From contig NC_086097.1 of NCBI RefSeq assembly GCF_963921235.1, forward strand, positions 115,694,001 to 115,758,000: 64,000 nucleotides of DNA. The letters run 5' to 3'. Position numbers and translations under genes: made by a program. The notes under the pieces were generated by a model. That model worked only from the letters and a program-made list of their open reading frames with translations. It did no database searches and was not told where the DNA came from. Of the stretch, positions 1-11,734 are shown one piece after another. Positions within the stretch are counted from its first letter, which is position 1, and the number at the start of each line of letters is the position of its first letter. This DNA comes from Mobula hypostoma. Taxonomy: Eukaryota.

Positions 1-605
1 ATATACTGGTGATATTAAACTTGATTCTGATAGACCAGGGAGCCATTCAAACTTGTTCTGCCATTTACCATGATTATGGATGTTTAAAATTTCATAACCA
101 CTTTCCTGGCCAATCAGTACATTCCTTGGTAACCAATAGGAGTTGCAGAATCAGCAATACCAACAAGAAATATTTATCAGGTGAGGCAGCATCAGTGCAC
201 CATAAAGCCAATATTGCCTTCCAACCAACCTTTCGGTTTCATAAAAAAAATGTTTAATCAAATACTTTCCAGAATAGATCACGTTCTGAATTTGATGTGT
301 GGTAATATACATTTCACCATAAACTTCATGAGTTTTCCAATGTTATATCACTTAATTGCTTTGTTAGCTGTTTCAGAAGTGTTAAAAGCACATTATCTCT
401 ATGTGTCATGATAAGTTGCTGGTATTTCATTACTGCAAACATATTTTCTCAATACGTAGTTTCATTTGTGTTCATCATCAGCTTCATTTTTCTCTGTGGT
501 TCTGGCAGCATGTACTGGAAATAATCAGACATTTAAATTTTCAGTGCAGACTTTATTTTTACAATGCAGATGATCAGTTCTTACGACACAGGAAGATTCA
601 AGATT

Positions 606-889
606 GTTTATTTATGGAGATACAATGCAGAAAAGGCCCTTCTGGCCCTCTGAGCCATGCTGCCCAGCAATCCCCTGATTAAATCCTAGCATAGTCATGG
701 GATAGTTTACAATGACTGCAACCTACCAGCCGGTTCATCTGTGGAATGTGGGAGAAATCAGAGCAGCTAGAGGAAACCCATGTGGTCACAGGGAGAACTT
801 ACAAACCTCTTACAGGCAGCAGCAGGAATGGAACCCGTGTGGCCTGCACGGTAAAGCATTGTGCTAACCACTATGCTACCGCACCACCC
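606..889 (-). mobile_element. tRNA-derived SINE, V-SINE/HE1-like
   Basis: Head gggtggtgcggtagcatagtggttagcacaatgctttac on the minus strand and a V-domain-like core gaggaaacccatgtggtcacagggagaac; several paralogues in the window. Confidence 0.7.
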
Positions 890-1026
890 TAGTGTTGTCA
901 ACCTTTAGTACACAACTGTAAAAGGGAGTGAACTGATTGTAGTCCTGTATCCAGTGCAGCATGAAAAACACAATAAGCATAAAGTACACAAAAAACAATA
1001 AATATAAATATAAAAGCTATCCTTTA

Positions 1027-1876
1027 TGTGACAAGAATACACATAGATTAAGATGTTAGCTATCCTGTGTGATCAGCAGTTGGTCTGCCACCTGTCTTCA
1101 GGAGAGAAAGAGATAAGGAAAACAATGGAGCAGCATTTGGAGATGTGTAATAAAGGGACGGGAGAGAGAGTAACAGAAGGCGGAAGCTGTCAAGAGCGGC
1201 TTCCCCTTTGAACCCTGAACTGTTTGAAGTGATGGACAGGCGATACCCCAGCAGGGGGATAAAAAGGGACAGGTTTGCTAAGGCAGGACACACACGACAC
1301 CCGAGGTAACAAGACCCTAGAAGCGGTGCGTCTCTCACAAGTCAGTGGGAAGTACCGGGCCATAAACGCACAGGGTGGAAAGGCACGATCGGCGGGAACC
1401 TGGTGTGTGTCCACCCTTGCCTGGGTGCCAGGTTCAGCGCAGAGAAACGGTTGTATCTGGAAACGGAGGGGTCATGGTCGGTGACCTCAGATGACATCAC
1501 AAAGGGCTCGCCCGACAGCTGACTGCGAAGGTCTATGTGTGGAAGCTGTTTTGAATATCCATTCGTTTTGCTCTCTCTCCTTCCCCCACACTGTCCATCT
1601 CCCACTGCAGTGATTACTGCGAACTGAACTGAACTTTCCGTCACTTTGAAACTGGTCATTTGCCCCTAGACAACGATAGAGCTTGATTGATCCTGTTATC
1701 TGAATTCTGTGTACATGTATGTTTATCATTGCTGAACTGTTGCATTCATTATCCTTTTGATTAGATTACTGTGTTGCTTGTTTCTTTAATAAAACTTTCT
1801 TAGTTCTAGTAATCCAGACTCCAACTGAGTGATCCATTTCTGCTGGTTTGGCAACCCAGTTACGGGGTACGTAACA
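1027..1876 (+). mobile_element. Solo LTR (850 bp) of an LTR retroelement
   Basis: TGTGAC...GTAACA termini; 4-bp TSD ttta/tata (the empty site cctataaaac is seen at 3179-3188); TATA-like gataaaaa near 1258; AATAAA near 1788. Confidence 0.8.
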
Positions 1877-1966
1877 TATAAAACACAATATGCAAGTAAC
1901 TATTAGATACATAGACTCACGGTATGTAAGTAAAGCGACGCTAGGTGATGTGTATGTAGTGGTAGT

Positions 1967-3166
1967 CATGGCTTGGCTTCGCGAATGAAGATTTAGGAAG
2001 GGGGCTGCCCACATCTGCTGCAGGCTCGCTGGTGGCTGATGAGGCCAATATGGAACAGGCAGGCCCGGCCATAGCGGCTGCAAGAGAAATTCTGTTCTGG
2101 GTTTGGTGCTGCTGTGTTACGGTTCTTCCTCCTCCTCCTTTTGACCTCAATGCCAGTCCTGCATGTGTTCTCTAAGGAGGAGACAGACTGGTGAATGGTG
2201 TGTCGCCAGGCCTCGCGATCAGAGGCTAGATTAGATCACTGGCAGCGGTCAATGTGACAGGCACCAAGGGATTTCTTCAGAGAGCCCTTGTACCTCTTCG
2301 CTGCCCCTCTGTCACAGTGGCCAGTGGAGAGTTTGCCATACAGCACAATCTTGGGCAGGCTGTGATCCTCCAGTCTAGAGATGTGCCCTGCAGAGCGCAT
2401 CTGCATCTTCAACAGCATGGCCTCAATACTGGTAACCTCCGCCTGTTCGAGGACTTTGATGTTGGTGACGAAGTCACTCCAATGGATGCTAAGGATGGTG
2501 CGGAGGCTGCGCTGATGGAAATGCTCAAGGAGTCGTAGGTGGTGACGGTAGGTGACCCACCACTCGGAGCTGTACAGGAGGGTGGTCAGTACAACGGCTC
2601 TGTACATGCTGATATTTGTGCCTTTCTTCAAATGCTTGTTGTTCCAGACTCTTTTGTACAGTCTGCTGAATGCGCTGTTTGCCTTTGTCAGTTGGTTGTC
2701 AATCTGTTTGTCCATCTTAGCATCTGACGAGACGGTGCACCCCAGGTAGCTGGACTGGTGAACTGTCTTCAGCTCTACCTCACCGATGGTGATGTGGGGA
2801 GGATGGTAATCTTCCTGAGGTGCGGGCTGATGGAGAACTTCTGTCTTCTTCAAGCTGACTTCCAGTCCGAAGAGCTCGGCAGCCTCTGCGAAGCAGGATG
2901 TTATACGCTGCAGGGCTGTCTCTGTGTGGGCAACAAGGGCAGCATCATCGGCGAAGAGCAGCTCTCGGATGAGTTGCTCCGATGTCTTGTTGTGGGACCG
3001 TAGTCGCCTCAGGTTGAACTGGCTGCCATCGATGCGGATTGGATGTAGACTCCATCCTCGTCATCAAGGTCTTTTGTGGCCCTTTCGAGCATCATGCTGA
3101 AGAAGATGGTGAAGAGAGTTGGTGTGAGGATGCAGCCTTGCTTTATTCCATTTACTCCATTACTCC
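1967..3166 (-). mobile_element. 5'-truncated RTE-clade (BovB-like) LINE
   Basis: ORF 2236..2853(-) KKTEVLHQPAP...YLG...YRAVVLTTLLY...RYKGSLKKSL matches the RTE RT C-terminus; LLFADD motif upstream near 2945-2965; flanked by a 104-bp direct duplication. Confidence 0.9.
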
Positions 3167-4049
3167 TATAAAAGCTATCCTATAAAACACAACGTACAAG
3201 TAACTATTAGATACACAGACTCATTGTATGTAAGTAAAGTGACGCGAGGTGATGTGTACGTAGTGGTAGTGGGGGTTGGGTCAATGGGTGGAGGTGTTGA
3301 TCAGCCTGATGGCTTGAGGAAAGTAACTGTTTTTGAGTCTGGTGGTCCTTGCATGGAAGATGCGTAGCCTTTTCACTGATGGAAGTGGGACTAACAGTCC
3401 ATAACCAGGGTGGATTTATGATATTGCCAGCCTTTTCCTGACACTTTTCTCTATATGTGTCCTTGTTGGTGGTTAGGCTGGTGCCAGTGATGTGTTGGGC
3501 AGTTTTATCTATCCATTGTAAAGCCCCCCTGAATGATGCAGTGCATTTTCCATACCACACAGTGATGTAGCATGTTAGGGTGTTCTCCACTGCACATCCG
3601 TGGAATGTCATGAGTATTCAGCCTCCTTAGAAATTAGAGGGATTGGTGAGTTTTCTTCACTTGTGTAGGATGTGTTCTGGGACCAGGAGAGGTTGTGTGA
3701 GATGTGCACTCCCAGGGATTTGAAACCGTTCACATTTTCCTCTGCTGTGCCACCGATGTCAAGAGGTGTGTGAGTGGTGTGAGATTTTTCACTTTCTTCA
3801 CAAATCTGGTTTAGCTTTTTGATGTTACCTTCTTCATATATTTGTTGATGACAATAAAGATATTTATTCTTAGACTGACAGACTTTCAGACGATTCTAGT
3901 TTATTTATTTTGAGCTATATATTGTACTTTATTATGTACTATACATTATATATTTTTGCATTAAGCACGTTTGACGAGTGTTGAATCTAGCAAGGCTCCA
4001 TATGATTCCCGTTGGTAAGTGCGGAGAAGGAACCCTTTATTCATTTCCA

Positions 4050-4748
4050 GATTCCTCTGCCACCAATGCTGGTTCTCACCACTCTGGACACCTTCAGACT
4101 GTGAACTGCATGGCCTCTAGCTACACCTCGAACCTGGATCTCAACTACCAGCACCTCCAGGCCGAGACTTCCCTCACTGCCACTGGGCCCCCAGGCTCCT
4201 TTTCCCCCACTACCACTCTCCTACCTCCTGTCTCACAGGCTCCACCGTCACCTCTTCGGTCTTTGGAGCCTCCGTCTTCCTCCATGAACACCTCATCCCT
4301 CCTCTCTCCTCTAACACCACCAAAACTCTCCCTCCCTCTGATGTCAGCCCTAATCCTTGCTGAGCACCATTCTCTCTGACCTGCCCCTCTCTGTCCTTTG
4401 CGAGCGCCTTACCTTTATCCCCCTTTGCCTGCACCTCAGTGAGTTCTGTGCCCACCATAGCACCAAGCTCTTCTTCCATCGCCTCTGCCTCCGAGCCCAC
4501 TTCCTCAGCAAAAATTACCCACCTCACACCGATGACTCCTTCCGCTGTCTCCAACTCTCCTTCTCTTCTTGGACACCCTGCTCTGGTTCTCTGCCTGCTC
4601 TGGATCTTTTCATCTCAAATTGATGAAGAGACTTCAACCATCTCGACTTCAGCACTCCTCTCTCTTCCTTGGACTTTGACCCCTCTGAACGCACTGTCCA
4701 ACACTCTCCCTGCATCAATTCCAACTCCACAATCAAACCTGCAGACAA
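4050..4748 (+). mobile_element. Penelope-like element fragment, N-terminal region upstream of the RT core
   Basis: Frameshifted ORF pieces LTFIP...FFHRLCLRAHF...SSWTP...LPALDLFISN ending in IKPAD (atcaaacctgcagac, ~4732-4746), typical of vertebrate PLE pre-RT regions. Confidence 0.7.
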
Positions 4749-5854
4749 TTCTTAGTGATGTAGTGAGCTTGGGGTACATGTTCAGAAGCAACAGTGGTGA
4801 CATGCTGTTGCAGTGTTTAGAAGAGTGCTGGATAAAAAATCTGAAAAGTAAGAATTTGTGTGACTGTCGGGAGATAATAGGTTGTGAGACTAGCTGGAGT
4901 CTTATATAGAACCAGTACAAGCTTGATGGGCTGAACAGCCTCATTCCATGCTGTAATAGATCTGTGGCTCTGTGAAGTAAGGTAAACTTTGTACTCAATA
5001 TGTGGATATGAGAGTCAATAACTTGGTTAACCAATATTATCTTCAGTTGCCATATGAACACCATATTAATTTTGTGTGCTTAGCAAGTTGAGTTTGGATT
5101 AATCTTATTTTCCCACACAGTCAAATTGTCATGGTTCAATCCTTTTTATAAGACTTAGTTGCACAATCTAGACTTGCAGTTCCATACTCTACTCGAACAG
5201 CAGCCAGTTTTATCTTGAAATATGATTCCATGACATGATCCGGTTGCTCTGCTGGGTGTAAATGACTTCTCAGTTGCAAAGGATCAATGAACCTTTCTCC
5301 TCAGGTAACTTGCCTCATACAATGCTTCTCGGACCTCTCTGTCTGCAAGTCTGCGGGCATGTTTCTTGGATTGGTGATTGATAATTGGTAAATGTTTTAA
5401 TATTGTCACATCGACCAAGACACTGTGGAAAGATTTTGTTTGCATGCCCTACTGGCGGATCATTCCATTCATAATTACACTGAGGTGGTACAGGAAGTTT
5501 AAAGAACACAGAATGTAATGTAAAGATTACTGAGAAAGGGCAATGGAGGTGGGCTAATAAAGTGTAAGGGCCATGGTAAAGTAGACTGAAAAATCAGAGT
5601 TCATCTTTATCGTGTCATCATGACGATGTCTGACCTGTTGAGTTCCTTCAGCACTTCGTTTGTGTTTCTCCAGATTTCCACCTTCTGCAGAGTGTTTACT
5701 TTAATCATGTGAAGGGTCCATTCAAGAATGAAAACTGAAGATAATCAATTAACTAAATAGTGCTCTGGAACAACAAAAAAAAATGAAATGCATTCCATGA
5801 ATGGAAACCAAAATACTGCAAATGCTAAATAACTGAAATTAAATCAGATGACAT

Positions 5855-6630
5855 AAACAGGAGGAAGTTTGCAGATGTTGGAAAGCCAAAGCAACACACA
5901 CAAAATGCTGGAGAAACTAAAAAAATGCAAATGCAAAAAAAGTTAATGTTTCAGGCCGAGATACTTCTTCAGGATGGAGAAGAAAGGGGTAAGATATCAG
6001 AATAAAAAGATCGAGAGAGGGGAAGGAGGATAGCTGGTTAAGTCAGGTAGGTGGGAAAGGTGAAGGGCTGGAGAACAAGGAATCTGATAGGACAGGAGAA
6101 TGGACCATAGGAGCAGGGGAAGGAGAAAGGGTACCAAGGGAAAGTAATAGACAGGTGAGAAGAGGTAAAGGGTCAGAGCGAGGAATAAAGGGCAGGGGGG
6201 AAATTGTTTACTGGAAGGAGAAATCGATATTCATGCCACCAGGGCTGGAAGCTACCCAGATGGAATATATAGTGTTGCTCCTCCACTTTGAGGGCAGCCT
6301 CATCTTGGCACAAGAGGAGGCCAAGGACCGACATGTTGGAATGGGAATGGAGTGGGAATTAAAATATTTGGCCACCAGCAAGTACTCTTGTGGCAAACTT
6401 CGGTAGGTGCTCGACGAAGCGGTCCGCCAATTTAGAAAGGGTCTCACCGATAAAGAGGTGGCCACATCAGGAGCACCGGACACAATAGGTGACCCCAGCA
6501 GTTTCAAAAGGTGAAGTGTTGCCTCACCTGGAAAGAAATCGGAAGATGTTGGTAACACTCCCCAGTTCAGGCAGCATCCATGTAAGAGGGAACAAATTTA
6601 ATGTTTCAGACTGAAAACTCTTCATTATTG
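5855..6630 (-). mobile_element. Old Penelope-like element 3' part (GIY-YIG remnant plus 3' UTR with degenerate hammerhead)
   Basis: ORF 6208..6558(-) ends ...PGGMNIDFS, as in the GIY-YIG copy at 9921-10207; degenerate hammerhead near 5941-5975; a second short tail copy near 6570-6628. Confidence 0.75.
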
Positions 6631-6874
6631 AAAGGAAATCACAGCTTACATTAAAACAAATGCATTTGCTAACTTTGTTTTTTTTTCATTCCGCATTAGC
6701 TACCTGACCTGCAGTCATGAAATCAAAAGATGTTTCCACCATTTTCTGATTCTATGAATGAAACTGTTTCTTCCTTCTTACCAAATGCTTTAGGAGCAGA
6801 TAGACTTGAGTATTCAAATTTTACTGCTTAATATTGCTGCAGTTCTGTGATTCACATATGTGGATCACAAAAAA

Positions 6875-7435
6875 TATAACGTAGAACATTACAGCACAGT
6901 TCAGGCCCTTCACCTCGCCCTGTTGTGTCAACTCTAAGATCAAGCTACCCTTTCTCTCCCACATAGTCCTCCATTTTTCTATCATCTATGTGCCCATCAA
7001 AGATTTTCTGAAATGTACCTTATGTATCTGTCTCTACCATCACCCTGGCAGTGCATTCCATGCAACCACCACTCTCTGTGTACAAAAACTTAACTCTGAC
7101 ATTAGCCATTCCCACCTTGGGGGAAAGTGTCTTGCTATTCACTTGATCAATACTCTTATTATCATATATACCTCTATCAAGTCACCTCTTATCCCCCTTC
7201 ACTCCAAAGAGAAAAGTGTTAGCTCTCCTAAAGCTATCCTCATATTCTTTAATCCAGGCAGCATTCTGGTAAATCTCCTCTGCACCCACTCAAAAGCTCC
7301 CACATCCTACCCACAATGAGGCAACCAGATATGAACACAATATTCCAACTGTGGTCTAATTTGAGTTTTATAGAGCTGCAACTTTATCTCGTGGCTCTTG
7401 AATTCAACCCTACACGCCTTCTCAACAACTCTATC
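6875..7435 (-). mobile_element. CR1 LINE 3' fragment (decayed)
   Basis: Similar to the CR1 3' end at 59148-60071 (RPHLEY/VQFW and LRGDL regions; tail tagaacattacagcacag). Confidence 0.75.
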
Positions 7436-9163
7436 TCGTTACTAATTGAATTGTGAGGTACTGTCATCTACCAAACAGCATCACAGTATAAGTGAGCATG
7501 GTCAGAAAATTATGTCAATTGAGAAGAAAGGGAAAGACACGCTAAGAAAGGGATAAATTAATTAAACTTCTTTACTTATATGAAATGCTGGTGGAAAGAT
7601 AATTTGCACACTTCCAGAAAGTTCATGGCATATCTTTTATTCCTTCTCCCAAAGGCAAAGAAGCTAAGAATAAAATTTTCTGCCTTTGAACGCTTTTCCA
7701 GTGATTTTTTTTTCCTACTGCATTTACCCCTAAGCTGTCATCCTTCTCTACCCTTTTCTTTTCATGGTATGTCCCTGTGGAGAGAACGTACATTGGACTA
7801 GATTTGGAGGTTTAAATATCACATAATTGGTGGGTGAGGAGAAAATAAATGTCCACCTCAAGTGGGAACACTGCAGAAAACAACCTTTAAGAAATACAAA
7901 TTTTCCATTGAAACCTCTATTAATACTGATCTATGTGTAAGCTGGGAATAGATTGGTTAAACTTTCAGATCAAAAATGATGCCGGCAAATTCCAGTCTTG
8001 TAGGGTTGTTTGTCTGACAAACAATGAGATGATTGACAGTCAAACAGTTGAACAAATAGCTCAGCTTATGAATGTGGCAAATTAGTTGTGAATACATTGA
8101 AACCAATTGGAAAGGCAGTGAGAAATCGTTTCTTTTTATTGAAACCACACAGTGATATGACCACAAAAACAAAACCAACACAATGCAGCTTTGCAGGGAT
8201 AATCCCATAATATCAGTTGCTTCTGAGTCCAAACAACAGCAGAGGCCAAACCTATGCCATGGATGCTCTTTGAGGGTGAGAGAGGTGGGCTTTGGATTGC
8301 TAGGAGCTGGCCTACAACAACGCATGAAAATGTGTATAAAAATAGTCAGTTTTTGGTAATTATAGAAATCTGTCTGCTTGTTCCTTTTCCAAAGGGACAC
8401 AGAAGGCAATTGAAAATAGTCTATCTTGTGAGCAAAAATATACCTTTATTATTTTTCTCCATTTCATTTCTACATCATTCAGGATTCCAGGTTTACAGCT
8501 GTATATAATGGGTATTCTTCTCCTCATGTTTCTATGGCCTGTAGCTTTGGAACAGTGAGAACATACAGCAGTACAATATGTATATCTTCTATGATAATAC
8601 CATAGATGCAATAGTTATTCTTTGCAGTACACGGCTCTAACATGAGGCAAAAATTACGGGTCACTGGAGGTAAAATAAAAGCTGAAGATTAAATCATCAC
8701 TAATTTTGATTATTCCCACAATATACTGTAGGCTTTATTCAATTAATGTTCTGTATATTTTTGCATATCCCTTTGTAATCTAAATTCTTGCCCATGTCTT
8801 TTACTTCTGTTGCTATTCATTGACAATTGTGACTCAGCTGATAGCATTCTTGACTTTGGGCAAGAAGGTGATGGGCTCATGAACTCCTCCACGCACTAGA
8901 GCTCAAACATGTAGATGGACTTTCCTGTGATATATTGAATAAGTGCTGCTCAGCTGAAGTTTTATCTACTCTCTCAGGGGAGAGTAGAGATTTCTATGTG
9001 GTGACTATCATTTTTCAATCACAAAAATGGTGATTGTACTCTACTCTATCTGTCTTTAAGATACTGGTGAAGATGGTGAACACAAGGACTCACAGAATCA
9101 TGCAACACACATCAAAGTTGCTGGTGAATGCAGCAGGCCAGGCAGCATCTCTAGGAAGAGGTA

Positions 9164-9201
9164 CAGTCGACATTTCAGGCCGAGACCCTTCATCAGGACT
9201 A
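9164..9201 (-). ncRNA. Minimal type-I hammerhead ribozyme motif (PLE-associated)
   Basis: Minus strand tagtc CTGATGA agg gtctcgg cct GAAA tg TC gactg; stem I tagtc/gactg, stem II agg/cct. Confidence 0.75.
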
Positions 9202-9920
9202 ACTGAAGGAAGAGTGAGTAAGAGATTTGAAAGCTGGAGGGGGAGATCCAAAATGATAGGAGAAGACAGGAGGGGGTGGGATGGAGTCAACAGCTGGACA
9301 GGTGATTGGCAAAGGGGATACGAGAGGATCATGGGACAGGAGGTCCGGGAAGAAAGACAAGTGGGGGGGGGGAACCCAGAGGATGTACAAGGGGTATATT
9401 CAGAGGGACAGAGGGAGAAAAAGGAGAGTGAGAGAAAGAATGTGTGTATAAAAATAAGTAACAGATGGGGTACGAGGGGGAGGTGGGGCGTTAGCGGAAG
9501 TTAGAGAAGTCGATGTTCATGCCATCACGTTGGAGGCTACCCAGACGGAATATAAGGTGTTGTTCCTCCAACCTGAGCGTGGCTTCATCTTTACAGTAGA
9601 GGAGGCCGTGGATAGACATACCAGAATGGGAATGGGATGTGGAATTAAAATGTGTGGCCACTGGGAGATCCTGCTTTCTCTGGCGGACAGAGCGTAGGTG
9701 TTCAGCAAAGCGGTCTCCCAGTCTGCGTCAGGTCTCTCCAATATATAAAAGGCCACATCGGGAGCACCGGACGCAGTATATCACCCCAGTCGACTCACAG
9801 GTGAAGTGTTGCCTCACCTGGAAGGACTGTTTGGGGCCCTGAATGGTGGTAAGGGAGGAAGTGTAAGGGCATGTGTAGCACTTGTTCCACTTACACGGTT
9901 GTCTTTTATATATTGGCGAG

Positions 9921-10207
9921 ACTGCGTCTGGTGCTCCCGATGTGGCCTTTTATATATTGGCGAGACCCGACGCAGACTGGGAGACCGCTTTGCTGAACAC
10001 CTACGCTCTGTCCACCAGAGAAAGCAGGATCTCCCAGTGGCCACACATTTTAATTCCACATCCCATTCCCATTCTGACATGTCTATCCACTGCCTCCTCT
10101 ACTGTAAAGATGAAGCCACACTCAGGTTGGAGGAACAACACCTTACATTTCGTCTGGGTAGCCACCAACCTGATGGCATGAACATCGACTTCTCTAACTT
10201 CCGCTAA
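9921..10207 (+). pseudogene. PLE GIY-YIG endonuclease C-terminal coding fragment (no RT, no true start)
   Basis: CVWCSRCGLLYIGETRRRLGDRFAEH...HFN...EQHL...LGSHQPDGMN; the mirror copy on the minus strand (~9491-9890) has a CGA>TGA stop. Confidence 0.9.
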
Positions 10208-10500
10208 TGCCCCACCTCCCCCTCGTACCCCATCTGTTACTTATTTTTATACACACATTCTTTCTCTCACTCTCCTTTTTCTCCCTCTGTCCCTCTGAAT
10301 ATACCTCTTGCCCATCCTCTGGGTCACCCCCCCCCCGTCTTTCTTCCTGGACCTCCTGTCCCATGATCCTCTCGTATCCGCTTTTGCCTATCACCTGTCC
10401 AGCTCTTGGCTCCATCCCTCCCCCTCCTGTCGTCTCCTATCATTTTGGATCTCCCCCTCCCCCTCCAACTTTCAAATCCCTTACTCACTCTTCCTTCAGT

Positions 10501-10538
10501 TAGTCCTGACGAAGGGTCTCGGCCTGAAATGTCGACTG
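10501..10538 (+). ncRNA. Minimal type-I hammerhead ribozyme motif (PLE-associated)
   Basis: tagtc CTGACGA agg gtctcgg cct GAAA tg TC^gactg; predicted cleavage after C10533. Confidence 0.75.
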
Positions 10539-10659
10539 TACCTCTTCCTAGAGATGCTGCCTGGCCTGCTGCGTTCACCAGCAACTTTGATGTGTGTTGC
10601 TTGAATTTCCAGCATCTGCAGAATTCCTGTTGTTTGCGTTTTTAAACTCACAGAATTAT

Positions 10660-11045
10660 GGCAGCTTCATCATCGGCACTAGCCTCCCTAGCATGAAGGA
10701 TATCTTCAAAAGGTGATGCCTCAAAAATGCAGCATCCATCATTAAGGACCTCCATCGCCCAGGACACGTCCTCCACTGATTGTTACAATGAGGGAGAAGG
10801 TACTGAAGCTTGAAGACACACATTGAATGTTTCAGTAGCAGCTTCTTCCCCTCTACCTTCAGATTTCTGCATGGTCCATGAACCCCTGAACACTACTGTT
10901 GTCCTCTTGTTGCACTATTTACTGATATTGTTTATATACCTGTCTATATTGTATTGCAGTTTATAGTATATTTTCTGTACTTCATTATACTGCTGCCACA
11001 AAATGACAATTTCCATGACATTTGTCTGTGATGATTCTGATTCTC
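10660..11045 (+). mobile_element. Rex1/Babar LINE 3' fragment
   Basis: Degenerate IIKD..HP and FFP region (catcattaaggacc, cagcttcttcccc) followed by a gattctgattct tail. Confidence 0.65.
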
Positions 11046-11240
11046 TGTGTGTAAGATGAGACAAAACGTCAGTGTTGTTGAAGGGTGATAGGATGAGCAG
11101 CTGAACTCACAAATTAGTCTGGGGAATGATGCATAGATTATATCTAAAAGTAAAGATAGAAGGTTTGGAGCCATGGCCGTAGACTGATTTAGGTGACCTA
11201 CCATGATGTGATTTGCTCATTCATGCGCTGATTGGCTCAT

Positions 11241-11488
11241 AGGCCGGCTGGTGGTGCAGTGAGATCAGCACCGGACTCCAGAGCGAAGGTTCCTGAGTTC
11301 GAATCCAGATCAGGCCACCCCCGAGCACTCTTTCCAACCATGCGGGGTTGAGTATCGAGTTAGCCATTCGGCCTCGTAAAATATACAAGGGTCGAGTCAG
11401 GAACATTTGTAACGTGACCCAGTTAATCCTGACACCACGTGCCAGACAAGAATGGTTGAATGGCTGGTACGACATGCTTAAAAAAAAT
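11241..11488 (+). mobile_element. tRNA-derived SINE
   Basis: A-box-like tggtgcagtgag and B-box gagttcgaatcc; A-rich end; paralogue at 58072-58275. Confidence 0.7.
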
Positions 11489-11734
11489 TCATCCACTTAT
11501 AAGAATCGGTGGATCCACACTCCTGCTGCCCACTTCTGAGGCCTCCAACATACTCTAATTGAGGTGACTGCTAGCTTCCCCTTCCAATCAGCATGAACAG
11601 GAAGTTTGCTGAAGAACCTCGTATTCCTAGCCCTGAACTCGGACAAGGATACGAGAAGCAGCCTCTGCCTGCCTGCTGTCCAATCAATATAGGTGTGCAG
11701 CTAAATCCAGTTTCCATAAATTTTCTTTTCCATA

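Larger units (their letters stand above)
592..3790 (-). mobile_element. Rex1/Babar-type LINE 3' fragment, split by three younger insertions (SINE, solo LTR, RTE)
   Basis: ORF 3207..3611(-) FHGCAVENTLTCYITVWYGKCT...KTAQHITG resembles the Rex1/Babar RT C-terminus. Tail pieces at 592-609 and 895-1026 align with the uninterrupted copy at 18815-19400. Confidence 0.75.
9103..10645. mobile_element. Penelope-like element with inverted fold-back structure
   Basis: Inverted arms ~9102-9777 and 9921-10600; TSD actcacagaat(c/t)atg at 9088-9102 and 10646-10660; GIY-YIG domain and hammerhead motif in each arm. Confidence 0.92.

Noticed and set aside
8252..8311. Possible 60-nt minus-strand exon
   Set aside because: Plausible acceptor but weak donor (gtttgg) and an unrecognised peptide; compatible with chance.
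9806..10207. 133-aa ORF as an intact nuclease gene
   Set aside because: The N-terminal ~38 aa are read from the antisense arm across the inversion junction; only the C-terminal part is a PLE GIY-YIG fragment.
11241..11310. tRNA gene (also ~58072 and ~23320-23390)
   Set aside because: A and B boxes are present but there is no proper cloverleaf; each continues into a SINE body.
11618..11654. Small hairpin ctcgtattcct/aggatacgag near CCAAT and ETS motifs
   Set aside because: A short stem expected by chance; no CpG island or other promoter support.
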